Virus record (IMG/VR): IMGVR_UViG_3300032322_002561
Coordinates: 172,310 to 236,309 of that record
DNA: 64,000 nt
Strand: one strand, 5' to 3'
Shown: positions 56,310 through 64,000 of the stretch, piece by piece
Position numbering within the stretch: the stretch's first letter is position 1
Layout of the letters: each line of letters begins with the position of its first letter
Translations under genes and position numbers: made by a program
The notes under the pieces: generated by a model
The model's input: the letters and a program-made list of their open reading frames with translations, nothing else
Database searches by the model: none
Told to the model about the DNA's origin: nothing

Positions 56310-56723
56310 TTAGCACCATGTTCGGTGTTTTTCTGCCACCCATTCATTGCCATCATATTCTTGTATTTCCCACTCTACGTCAGCAGGAATTCGAACAACC
56401 TTTAAACGGGCGTGATCTCCCCAGGAATCCTTGCCCATTTCTTTTACTATGGCCACCAGGATGGGATCGTCTCTGGCAATATCTCTGTCATTCCAGTGCA
56501 GGCCATTGACCAAGATATATGGTCCCCAACGCTCATTGTCATAACGAGCTTCTCGAGGTTCTTGCGTGTAAGGTATTTGGTTGCGCTCTAACCAATTTTT
56601 TTGAGCTTGCTTGCTAAGTCCAAATCCACCGTGACAGGTGTTGATCACAATGTCACGCACTCCTTTGATGTGTTGAATGAGATTCTGATAGTCTTGATCG
56701 CAATTTACTTTTTGCCTGGCCAT
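56310..56723 (-). CDS. Conserved phage hypothetical protein
   Basis: VIN.C.GGFGLS, R.DP.LV..V, IP.DV.W.I.EYDG.EWV.E.HRTW. Confidence 0.88.
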   Translation of the reverse strand: MARQKVNCDQDYQNLIQHIKGVRDIVINTCHGGFGLSKQAQKNWLERNQIPYTQEPREARYDNERWGPYILVNGLHWNDRDIARDDPILVAIVKEMGKDSWGDHARLKVVRIPADVEWEIQEYDGNEWVAEKHRTWC

Positions 56724-56932
56724 GTCTTGCTAAACAAGTTAAATTCGCGTTCGTTGGTTATAATGCGATGTTCTAATCTATCCACTCTGCGTTGCAAGTT
56801 TATGGTTCTGATCAGGAGGATAACCAAGGCCACTGCCATGACTGTGAAAGTAACTCCCCAGCCTGCTATGATACCATATGTCCACCACCAAAGATTGTCA
56901 ATAGCTGTGGTCAAGATTTGAATAGCGTTCAT
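56705..56932 (-). CDS. Small membrane protein with coiled coil
   Basis: TM plus heptad tail; overlaps neighbours. Confidence 0.7.
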   Translation of the reverse strand: MNAIQILTTAIDNLWWWTYGIIAGWGVTFTVMAVALVILLIRTINLQRRVDRLEHRIITNEREFNLFSKTWPGKK

Positions 56933-57672
56933 GCGGAAACCTGTTTAAAAAACAATCGAAACAACCAATAGTGCGGGTTGATCCAGGGACAATGCCAGGC
57001 TTCTAGACTGTTGTAGTCTTTGTGATGTGTGATGTGCCAGCTGTTGTTAAAATACAGAGGGAACAGCCATGGTTTGTCCTTGGCATTGGGACTGGAATGA
57101 AATGCCATGTCATGGATTTTTTCTGTTACATAAAAAAAGAATTGCTGTGCTATTATCATGTAGAAAAACATAGTAAACCCAAACATGCTTATCAAGAAAA
57201 AATACACGGAAAATTTTATAAAATAAAAATTATCATTGACAAATTTTACACGACTGTCCGGCAATGAATTCACTGGCGTGATGGCACAAGGTTCGGTAAT
57301 ACCCACATAGTATCTGATTGGACCTTGTGCTATTTCTGACGCGGTTGGGTCTTTGGCAGTTAGCCAGGTTTTGTGATGTTGTATATGATAGCTTTTGACA
57401 TCTCGAAAGGGCCAAAAACTATACACGCACATCATTATCAATGACAACCATTCCAAAAATGAGTTTTTCAAAGTCACCTGGTCATGATTAAATTTAAGAT
57501 GCGTGACCAAAGTCATGAAAGGTGACAGTATCAAAACATGAAATATCAAACTAATTAGCAAGGCCTTGACAGAAATATCAAGGCCAAGTAAACCAGCCAC
57601 AAACAACACATGCACATATAGAAAGTGCTGAAATTTTTTCTTGTGCAACAGTTGTTTGACAGTATTGATCAT
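56929..57672 (-). CDS. Second, divergent fatty-acid desaturase/hydroxylase-like membrane protein
   Basis: His boxes HLKFNH, HIQHH, HITHH; DP after the second box. Confidence 0.7.
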   Translation of the reverse strand: MINTVKQLLHKKKFQHFLYVHVLFVAGLLGLDISVKALLISLIFHVLILSPFMTLVTHLKFNHDQVTLKNSFLEWLSLIMMCVYSFWPFRDVKSYHIQHHKTWLTAKDPTASEIAQGPIRYYVGITEPCAITPVNSLPDSRVKFVNDNFYFIKFSVYFFLISMFGFTMFFYMIIAQQFFFYVTEKIHDMAFHSSPNAKDKPWLFPLYFNNSWHITHHKDYNSLEAWHCPWINPHYWLFRLFFKQVSA

Positions 57673-57836
57673 ACTGGCATATCACTCATCTTGGCTTTTT
57701 CTTTACGCTGAGCGTGTTTGTTAAGAGCATCGGCACTGCGTTGTTGGAAGTCTACCATCCTGTGATAACCCATCTGATAGCAAGGACAGTAATTGCCCAA
57801 GATCTTTCTGGCCAACCAAATTCTAAATCGTTTCAT
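57669..57836 (-). CDS. Small hypothetical protein (55 aa, not in ORF track)
   Basis: MKRFRIWLARKILGNYCPCY...; GAGG SD; ATGA coupling. Confidence 0.6.
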   Translation of the reverse strand: MKRFRIWLARKILGNYCPCYQMGYHRMVDFQQRSADALNKHAQRKEKAKMSDMPV

Positions 57837-58230
57837 GTATTTCCTCTGCGAGATATCGTTGTAATTCTTTGTCGGTGGGCTCTACTGTGTAGTTGTGTTT
57901 GAAAAAGATTTCATAACTGTCTGATCCGTATTTGCCAATGCCATATAACATTGTAGCATCGTTGCCGTCCCAGGTCAAGAAATCCTCAGTCATTTTTCGT
58001 AGCCGCTGGCAACGCACATTCGCCATGCCCAGACTCTGGATAACCTGTTTGATTTCCTGTTCTGTGGCCTGCAAAAACAGTTCCGGTGTGGGCCAGCGAT
58101 CTAGGAATTCGGGCAACACGGTTTTCACAGGTTTACGTCCAGTTTGATTCAGCATGATGACGCCGACCATGTGTTGCCAGGCGCCATCAATCTGTTGCTG
58201 TACCATTAGATCATCGCGCAGGGCCTGCAT
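57823..58230 (-). CDS. HhH-GPD DNA glycosylase, MBD4-like
   Basis: W.......LNQT, F...WP, LG....R, L.GIGKYG.DSY.IF, P.DK.L..Y. Confidence 0.85.
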   Translation of the reverse strand: MQALRDDLMVQQQIDGAWQHMVGVIMLNQTGRKPVKTVLPEFLDRWPTPELFLQATEQEIKQVIQSLGMANVRCQRLRKMTEDFLTWDGNDATMLYGIGKYGSDSYEIFFKHNYTVEPTDKELQRYLAEEIHETI

Positions 58231-58231
58231 G

Positions 58232-58906
58232 TTAGTCGTCGTTGCGTCCACCAAACAACTGCAACAGACTCATGAAAATGTTGATAAAGTTCAAGTATAG
58301 GCTGAGTGCGCCAACCACATCGGCCTTTTTGTCCGGATCTGCCACACTGACTTCCTCACGGATGCGCTGTGTGTCATAGGCAGTGAGTCCTAGGAACACG
58401 ATGATGGCCACTGCCGAAACTACCATGGCCAGAGTTGAGTTGCCCAGGAAAATGTTCACGATGCTGGTGATGACTAATGCAATCACACCCACCATCAAAA
58501 ACGATCCCCACGACTCCAGGCTCCGCTTGGTAAAATATCCCCATAGGCTCATGGTGGCAAACAATACTGCGGCGCCCAAGAAGGCTGTGACAATGCTGGT
58601 GGCGGTGAATGTGATGAATATGGTGCTCATGCTCAAGCCCATCAGTGCGGCAAAGCCGTACAAGAAGGCCTGCGCTTCGGTTCGGGTAGCACGATTCATC
58701 ACAAAGCCCATGGCCAGGATCACTGCCAAGGGCGCAAAGATCACGATCCATTTGACCCATGAGCCAAATAAGAAACTCATCAGTGCTGGACTTGATGCTA
58801 CCGCCATGCTCACAATCATGCTGACTACCACAGCCAAGAACATGTTGTTGTAGACCGACAGCATGCGGCTGTTTACTTCACTTGCACTTGCATATAATGT
58901 TGTCAT
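58232..58906 (-). CDS. Bax inhibitor-1 / YccA family membrane protein
   Basis: 7 TM; GY.TKR.L, LTAYDTQ.I, GAL.LYL.FIN.F..LL. Confidence 0.93.
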   Translation of the reverse strand: MTTLYASASEVNSRMLSVYNNMFLAVVVSMIVSMAVASSPALMSFLFGSWVKWIVIFAPLAVILAMGFVMNRATRTEAQAFLYGFAALMGLSMSTIFITFTATSIVTAFLGAAVLFATMSLWGYFTKRSLESWGSFLMVGVIALVITSIVNIFLGNSTLAMVVSAVAIIVFLGLTAYDTQRIREEVSVADPDKKADVVGALSLYLNFINIFMSLLQLFGGRNDD

Positions 58907-58914
58907 TGTTTCTC

Positions 58915-59097
58915 CTAAAAATATTTTACTGAAACCACAATAATCACCAACAGACCCACTGCTACCGCAACTTTAATCATGCGTTCGCGAAAAGTTTCTG
59001 TCTCGGGATCACGAATACGAAAATAAATGTCGCTGTCATAATCGTACATGTACATGCGTCCATCTATTTCGATCATGTTATTGTTAATTTTTTTCAT
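58915..59097 (-). CDS. Small C-terminally anchored membrane protein
   Basis: Y.YD.D.D.Y motif plus TM. Confidence 0.6.
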   Translation of the reverse strand: MKKINNNMIEIDGRMYMYDYDSDIYFRIRDPETETFRERMIKVAVAVGLLVIIVVSVKYF

Positions 59098-59101
59098 TGC
59101 T

Positions 59102-59344
59102 TCAAGTGATATTGGGTGTGGGCTTGGCTCCGGTGCAACTACCACCGTTGTCAAACCATAAACTCATGGCCTGATCACGATAGGCTTCTAGTTCGTCCTG
59201 TCGCGTTATTTGTGCCTGGGACTCCTCGTACTCGGCCCGTCGTTGCTGGTAAGCTTCTTCTGTAAGTGCATGCCAGCCACAGCATTGACCCGTGGGACTA
59301 CGACCACATCCGCAAGTATTTTGAGCTTCAAGCTTGACCATCAT
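59102..59344 (-). CDS. CDGSH-like Fe-S/Zn protein
   Basis: CGCGRS..G.C.G.H. Confidence 0.65.
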   Translation of the reverse strand: MMVKLEAQNTCGCGRSPTGQCCGWHALTEEAYQQRRAEYEESQAQITRQDELEAYRDQAMSLWFDNGGSCTGAKPTPNIT

Positions 59345-59571
59345 GACAGACTTCCAATCCATTTATCCACACGAGCTTCGGCTTCGGCCTGGCTTATGGC
59401 ATGTACCATGATCCTAGCCGGCTCACCGTGACGGTGACGCACAGTGTACCTAAACTCGCCCGAAAACGGCACATCTTCTATGTCCCTTAACACTTCAAAC
59501 TCTTGTAGATTACGAACACGATCAATGGCATCCGCAGTCATTTCCTTGACATCGATAGAGCGTTTTCTCAT
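59341..59571 (-). CDS. Hypothetical protein
   Basis: GGAGG SD, ATGA coupling. Confidence 0.7.
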   Translation of the reverse strand: MRKRSIDVKEMTADAIDRVRNLQEFEVLRDIEDVPFSGEFRYTVRHRHGEPARIMVHAISQAEAEARVDKWIGSLS

Positions 59572-60953
59572 GCTTCCTCCTTAAGTGATTCAAATTGACG
59601 CCAAGCATTGGGCTTGACTGTTTTGTTGTTTTCATCCTTCCATACCTTGCCAGTCCAGGTCAACACAGCTTCGTTGGGCCAGGGCCACGTGGGCAGTTTA
59701 GCCAACTGACATTCGTATATACCTTTTTCCGCAGGCGGAGTCTCTGCCGGAGTCCAGGGTGCTTCAAAAGTGCCGTGCTGTTCAAAGTCTGTCAGGATCT
59801 TTTCTAACTCTGCTGCTGGATCCCAGTCAACTGGAATGCAATATTTGTCACGGTTTTTGCGACCTTTGGCTGTGTCTGGATCATAGTCAATCCATGAAAA
59901 CTCTGTGCCATCACAGTCGGGACAGTGGCTATTATAGTCTTCATCATCACGGCGATCATCGCTTGAGCCCACCCAACCACACTTTTTGTTGTCGCAGATC
60001 AAGGTAGGCGGTTCCGGAGGTTGATTGGTCCACGATGTTGTGTCCCAGTTGTAGCCTTGCCAAGTCACAATACCGTCATCGTCCTTGGCATGGAACTTGC
60101 CGTATTCCCAGTCACCAAAGTGGTTACCATCCCAATACAGACTACCATAGGTGCTGCCATAGCCATAGTTACAACTATAGTATCCAGGATGTACCGGTTT
60201 GTGATCCTTGAACTTGAAGCTAGGGCTCTTTTCCCAGTCGCTGGGGCTGGTGCCATATTCAGGATGACCCCAGTCCTTTTCCTCGGGCTCATACCGTTCC
60301 CAATTGCCCTCATCATCAATAAGCCGCACCATGTCCATGTCCGAGCTCTTGCCATCGGTGCTGCCACCATAGTTTTCGATCTCTTCGTCGTCGTAGTAGA
60401 CACTGTTGACGATTTCTTCACCGTCAACTTCATCGTAGTTTAACACCAATTTTTCAATGTCGAACGGTGCCCGCAGTGGGATATCACCTTCGAAGAATGT
60501 GCCTTTTTCGTTGGAACTACCAATGAACACTACTTCACCCTTTTTGGCCATGCCCACCCAGACTTCGTCGTTGCAACTCCAACCCGGGCTGTCATCGCAA
60601 CCGTCACAGTCTTCCAATCGCTTTTCAAACACAGTCGTGCCGTTTTCGTCTTCAATCTGTATGGTGCCAGCGTTGCGGCTAACTCCATTGACATGTGCCA
60701 TGCCATCGCACTCGTACCACGAACCTGGAGTGAATGGTAACATGTCTTCATCCAGCCCCATTTCTTCACAGGCATCATGGTTCCAGGCAATATCAACCAA
60801 GTCTACTTGATGCTCCATGCAGTAGTCCCAGACCTTGGGATCTACACGGCCCATGACCTTTTCACCACCGTAACCCCACAGGCTGATTTTGTAGGTCCTG
60901 GGTGTAAATTTCAGTGTGTCGATTAATTGTTGCTGTTCTTCTTGAGTTGCCAT
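59568..60953 (-). CDS. Acidic hypothetical protein with zinc ribbon
   Basis: GYGGE, EKG.FF, C....CGW.G...CP.C; 461 aa. Confidence 0.8.
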   Translation of the reverse strand: MATQEEQQQLIDTLKFTPRTYKISLWGYGGEKVMGRVDPKVWDYCMEHQVDLVDIAWNHDACEEMGLDEDMLPFTPGSWYECDGMAHVNGVSRNAGTIQIEDENGTTVFEKRLEDCDGCDDSPGWSCNDEVWVGMAKKGEVVFIGSSNEKGTFFEGDIPLRAPFDIEKLVLNYDEVDGEEIVNSVYYDDEEIENYGGSTDGKSSDMDMVRLIDDEGNWERYEPEEKDWGHPEYGTSPSDWEKSPSFKFKDHKPVHPGYYSCNYGYGSTYGSLYWDGNHFGDWEYGKFHAKDDDGIVTWQGYNWDTTSWTNQPPEPPTLICDNKKCGWVGSSDDRRDDEDYNSHCPDCDGTEFSWIDYDPDTAKGRKNRDKYCIPVDWDPAAELEKILTDFEQHGTFEAPWTPAETPPAEKGIYECQLAKLPTWPWPNEAVLTWTGKVWKDENNKTVKPNAWRQFESLKEEA

Positions 60954-60962
60954 TGCGTTTCC

Positions 60963-61172
60963 TTACTGGTAGTCCTTGTTTAGTTGTGCCCATGACATCC
61001 AGGCCTTGAATGCATTATACACTGTTTCGGCTTCGCGGTCATCCTGAGCGACTTTGACACCACGCACCCAAAATCCATCCGGACCGACTCGTAGCATTTC
61101 TGCTCCGCCGGCCAAGCAGGTTATGGTGTTAGATGGCTCGTGAGCCATGACATGAAACTCGTATCCGCTCAT
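60963..61172 (-). CDS. Hypothetical protein
   Basis: EMLR....GF.VRG......EA..VY..F..W. Confidence 0.75.
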   Translation of the reverse strand: MSGYEFHVMAHEPSNTITCLAGGAEMLRVGPDGFWVRGVKVAQDDREAETVYNAFKAWMSWAQLNKDYQ

Positions 61173-61252
61173 GCCACAAACTGGCGGATGCGTTTGATTG
61201 CTTTTTCAATGCGCCACTTGATATAGGCTATCCATTCTCGAGGATGTATCAT
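61169..61252 (-). CDS. Very small basic protein (27 aa)
   Basis: ATGA overlaps at both ends, GGAG SD. Confidence 0.45.
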   Translation of the reverse strand: MIHPREWIAYIKWRIEKAIKRIRQFVA

Positions 61253-61392
61253 CGTTGATCTCCGTTTAAAAAATCTATTGTTTTACTGACTACCAATCCT
61301 AGTATCAAAGCACCACCTATCACAGCCAGGGCTTCAACCAGCCATGGTTCCAGCCATGATAAATCGAAAAGTTTTGTATATTGTTCAAACAT
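61249..61392 (-). CDS. Small membrane protein (47 aa)
   Basis: TGATG overlap with ligase stop; one TM. Confidence 0.55.
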   Translation of the reverse strand: MFEQYTKLFDLSWLEPWLVEALAVIGGALILGLVVSKTIDFLNGDQR

Positions 61393-62759
61393 CATATCTT
61401 CTCCCCGGCTTCAAAGCCACGAAAACGCACAAATCTTGGAAACCTCAGGCTGTAGGTTCCATCTTGATTTTGGGTTACAGCGTCTGCCGCAACCTCAACC
61501 ACTCGGCCAAGTAGGTCATCTCGGGCACTCCAATATTCATCACGATTCTCATCGGTAAGTCCACTGCCCACATTAACACGAATAGCTCGATCCGCATCGG
61601 TTCCTTCACAGATTATAGCACCCAATCTACCTTCATTGCGACCTGTGCCTTCCTCAAAGCCCACTATGTTCAAGTCCACGGTAATCACCGGTTTCCACTT
61701 CATCCAGAACGTGGTACGTTTACACTCATAAGGTGCGCCCACATCCTTGATCATGATGCCTTCAAAGCCATCGGCCACTGCATCATTGGCAAAGCGTCGC
61801 ATGATGTCCTGCCCTTCGGCAGTGCCGAGATCCACATCCATGCCTGGCATCACACGCAGATTTGGTTCGGATTCGATGTGTTCTTGATTCGTGCTCAACA
61901 TCAAGGTTCGCTTGTGTTGTTGCGCATTCCAAAATCCACGTTCAAAGTCTGCCAAGGGAATCACATCAAAGATGTAATACATCATGTCCTTGGTTTTTGC
62001 GTTGTCCTTGCGCTGGGCCTGTTTCATGAGGGCCTGGAAACTTTCGCCCACGATTTCGCCATCCAACACAAAAGGACCCTTGGTTTCCAAACTAATGCGG
62101 CCCTTGACCCGAGCGATCTGTTCTTCGATGTCAGGAAAGTTTTCAAACTGTTTGCCGTTGCGACTGTAAAGTGTCACACGGTTCTTGGTGCAGAGAGCCA
62201 AAACACGCACACCATCCAACTTACACTCTATGCGTTTGACACCTTTCATCTTGCTGGCATGGTCGTTGCTATCTGTGGCCAACTGACAAGTGAACACAGG
62301 AATGCGCCATTCAGTCTTGCCCACAACCTTGTTGATGGTTTTTTCTGAAATGCCACAGCGTAGGTCTTTGATGATGACCCTGCGGCATAAGCCATTCCAC
62401 TCTTCCGAGTCAAACTCTTGGCTCATTGCTTCAATGGCTTCTCGTGCGGCATTGCCAGTGACACTTCTAGTTCTCAAGGCTTCCAACAAGGCCCAAAATC
62501 TAGGCCAGGGATTGGGTCTATCCACAAGTCCTTGGGTTTCTGCCACCTGGCGCACACCAAACACATGGAAGGGGTTGTAGGCTTCGTAGCAGTTGAACAA
62601 AAAGCATTGAGCATTGGCCGAACCTAGCTTGGCAGCCATGAGCGCCTTTTCGATCACCTTTTCCTTGTGTATTCTGCTGTCTGAGCTTTCGAGATCACGG
62701 ATCCAGTCTGCGGCCAACTTGAGTCCTTCGAACTTGACATCTTGCATGTCCAATGCCAT
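61392..62759 (-). CDS. ATP-dependent DNA ligase
   Basis: KLDGVR, LDGE, FD, EGIMIK, W.KWK, VGSG, SLRFPRF. Confidence 0.95.
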   Translation of the reverse strand: MALDMQDVKFEGLKLAADWIRDLESSDSRIHKEKVIEKALMAAKLGSANAQCFLFNCYEAYNPFHVFGVRQVAETQGLVDRPNPWPRFWALLEALRTRSVTGNAAREAIEAMSQEFDSEEWNGLCRRVIIKDLRCGISEKTINKVVGKTEWRIPVFTCQLATDSNDHASKMKGVKRIECKLDGVRVLALCTKNRVTLYSRNGKQFENFPDIEEQIARVKGRISLETKGPFVLDGEIVGESFQALMKQAQRKDNAKTKDMMYYIFDVIPLADFERGFWNAQQHKRTLMLSTNQEHIESEPNLRVMPGMDVDLGTAEGQDIMRRFANDAVADGFEGIMIKDVGAPYECKRTTFWMKWKPVITVDLNIVGFEEGTGRNEGRLGAIICEGTDADRAIRVNVGSGLTDENRDEYWSARDDLLGRVVEVAADAVTQNQDGTYSLRFPRFVRFRGFEAGEKI

Positions 62760-62929
62760 TATTTAATGCCCTGTTGTTGATGTTTATACTCGCGCTTTAA
62801 CCAATACTTGTACATGCGGAAATAAGTTGCGGCATCACAAACTGGAAAACCATAAATGCTGGCTTCATCTTTGTGTTCCATGTAGATTCGCATGAGCCAC
62901 AATTTAAATGGGGTTTCAAAATTTTTCAT
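62759..62929 (-). CDS. Hypothetical protein
   Basis: MKNFETPF start; F..W......EH.DE, YF..YK.WLKREY. Confidence 0.65.
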   Translation of the reverse strand: MKNFETPFKLWLMRIYMEHKDEASIYGFPVCDAATYFRMYKYWLKREYKHQQQGIK

Positions 62930-63089
62930 GTTTAACTTTCGTTTCATCCATAAAAGTGTCCAGTGCGGCCAACTGTTCTGGTGTGAGCAGTCGCACGTTT
63001 CTGACCATGTGCTCCACAGCCGACAGATCATCTTGATCTCGATCCACGGCGTAGAGTCTCATGATCGCCAGGGCCTGTTCCAGCACCAT
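62916..63089 (-). CDS. Hypothetical protein (57 aa, not in ORF track)
   Basis: TAATG coupling; MVLEQALAIMRLY... Confidence 0.55.
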   Translation of the reverse strand: MVLEQALAIMRLYAVDRDQDDLSAVEHMVRNVRLLTPEQLAALDTFMDETKVKHEKF

Positions 63090-63427
63090 TAGTCCAACCT
63101 CGAGCCAGCATAAGCACGGAAGCCATACTTCTCAAAAACCTTTGCGGCTGCCTCGGCACCGGCTTCAAGGGTGTCAATGTTCTGGCAACCATAGCCTGCA
63201 GGATTCCAGATCTGGAAACTGCCGGTGTAACTCTTGCGTAGGCCGGCTGCTTTCAAATAGCGACCGATCTTGGTGTTGCCTTTGATGCCAAAAATGTCTA
63301 CCCAGGCAAAACCACAGGCATACTGATCGCGTCCGCCCAACTTGTCTTTGAAAAACGCATCGGCTGAAATATAAGCCGCTGTCTTGGCTTCTTCTACAAT
63401 TTCGTTGATTTGTTCTTGCGTGTACAT
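63089..63427 (-). CDS. Conserved phage early protein
   Basis: CGFAWV, Q..D..E.GA.A.A.V....G..AY..SRLD. Confidence 0.85.
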   Translation of the reverse strand: MYTQEQINEIVEEAKTAAYISADAFFKDKLGGRDQYACGFAWVDIFGIKGNTKIGRYLKAAGLRKSYTGSFQIWNPAGYGCQNIDTLEAGAEAAAKVFEKYGFRAYAGSRLD

Positions 63428-63459
63428 AACTGGCTCCTTATTTCTAACTGTATAATAAT

Positions 63460-63488
63460 ATTATAGCAAATTGGTAATTTTTGGTCAA
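63460..63488 (-). promoter_or_regulatory. sigma70-type early promoter cassette
   Basis: TTGACC-N17-TATAAT plus AAGGAGC. Confidence 0.85.
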
Positions 63489-63492
63489 CCGC

Positions 63493-63720
63493 TTAAAAAT
63501 GTGGGTCCAAATACTCGTGTTTGCCGGCCATCAAGTAGACGTACTTACAGCCAGTTTGGTTGTAGTGAACACTGCCATCTCTAGCCACCTTGCGGGTGTA
63601 TTGACGACCCGAATCAGTGAAAATAAACCGTTTGGTAATTCTGGTAATTTTACCATCGTAGTAACGATCACAATTGATACCGTAACTTACATCGTCACCA
63701 ACTTTGTATTCTGTAGCCAT
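63493..63720 (-). CDS. Hypothetical early protein (SH3-like)
   Basis: VGD.VSY..N.D.Y..G.I..IT; ends DPHF. Confidence 0.8.
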   Translation of the reverse strand: MATEYKVGDDVSYGINCDRYYDGKITRITKRFIFTDSGRQYTRKVARDGSVHYNQTGCKYVYLMAGKHEYLDPHF

Positions 63721-63750
63721 TTTCAGCTCCTTTTTATTAACTATACAACT

Positions 63751-63779
63751 ATTATAACCGATTTGTCATTATTGGTCAA
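63751..63779 (-). promoter_or_regulatory. sigma70-type early promoter cassette
   Basis: TTGACC-N17-TATAAT, then GTATAGT..AAGGAGC. Confidence 0.85.
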
Positions 63780-63853
63780 CCATTGTCCCGGACTTAGGAT
63801 TTACAAGTTAGTACGCACTAACCTACCCTGGTTGCCGCCGAGCTGGAGATTGC

Positions 63854-64000
63854 TTATGCGTAAATTCCGCAGGCCCGCATAAATCGAGCCCAATCAAAGT
63901 TTGAGTTGCTGACTGCACAGGCCGCACCCACTGCCATGGCTGCTTTTTTACGAGCTTGTTCGTCGTCGATGAAACTGATATTTTTGGCGAGTAGTTCAAA
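63854..64000 (-). CDS. Hypothetical phage protein, N-terminus outside window
   Basis: Open frame ending N..FD..RF..ACGIYA*. Confidence 0.65.
   Translation of the reverse strand, partial: FELLAKNISFIDDEQARKKAAMAVGAACAVSNSNFDWARFMRACGIYA

Noticed and set aside
62759-63031. 90-aa ORF as given in the track
   Set aside because: Better parsed as two coupled genes, 62916..63089 and 62759..62929
1-64000. Bacterial chromosome or prophage interpretation, because of dnaK, clpX, clpP, nadE, infA, rpsU
   Set aside because: These genes lack their bacterial operon context (no dnaJ/grpE, tig/lon) and are interleaved with phage-type hypotheticals, fibres and phage promoters; no integrase or att site seen
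1-64000. Stop-codon reassignment as in some jumbo phages
   Set aside because: Conserved genes are full length in code 11 and end at TAA, TGA or TAG where expected

Overview
This 64-kb window is best read as part of a large lytic dsDNA (jumbo, T4-like myovirus-type) phage genome, probably infecting a proteobacterium (DnaK, ErpA, FdxA and DesA look betaproteobacterial; inference). Genes are densely packed, mostly on the minus strand, with many TAATG/ATGA overlaps. At least 16 sigma70-type promoters (TTGACN-N16-18-TATAAT/TACAAT) and many TAAATA late-promoter-like boxes are visible. Contents: three repeat-rich virion/tail-fibre genes; host-like auxiliary genes (erpA, sodB, infA, fdxA, nadE, two clpP, clpX, clpS, dnaK, hsp20, rpsU, speD-like, uvsE, two desaturases, Bax inhibitor-1, DNA ligase); and many small hypothetical early genes. 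The best candidate system is a surface-sensing/cAMP module: CsgF-like, CsgG-SH3, curlin-like and FecR genes, small membrane proteins and a CHASE2 class III adenylate cyclase. About 6 kb away sits a stand-alone, non-catalytic copy of the cyclase C-terminus, divergent from a metallophosphoesterase. Also notable: three covarying ROSE-like RNA thermometers (dnaK, hsp20, an unknown 88-aa gene), three highly structured non-coding regions, and a split GmrSD-like gene pair. No tRNA, rRNA, CRISPR array, integrase or transposase was recognised. All calls come from motif recognition by eye; no database search was run.
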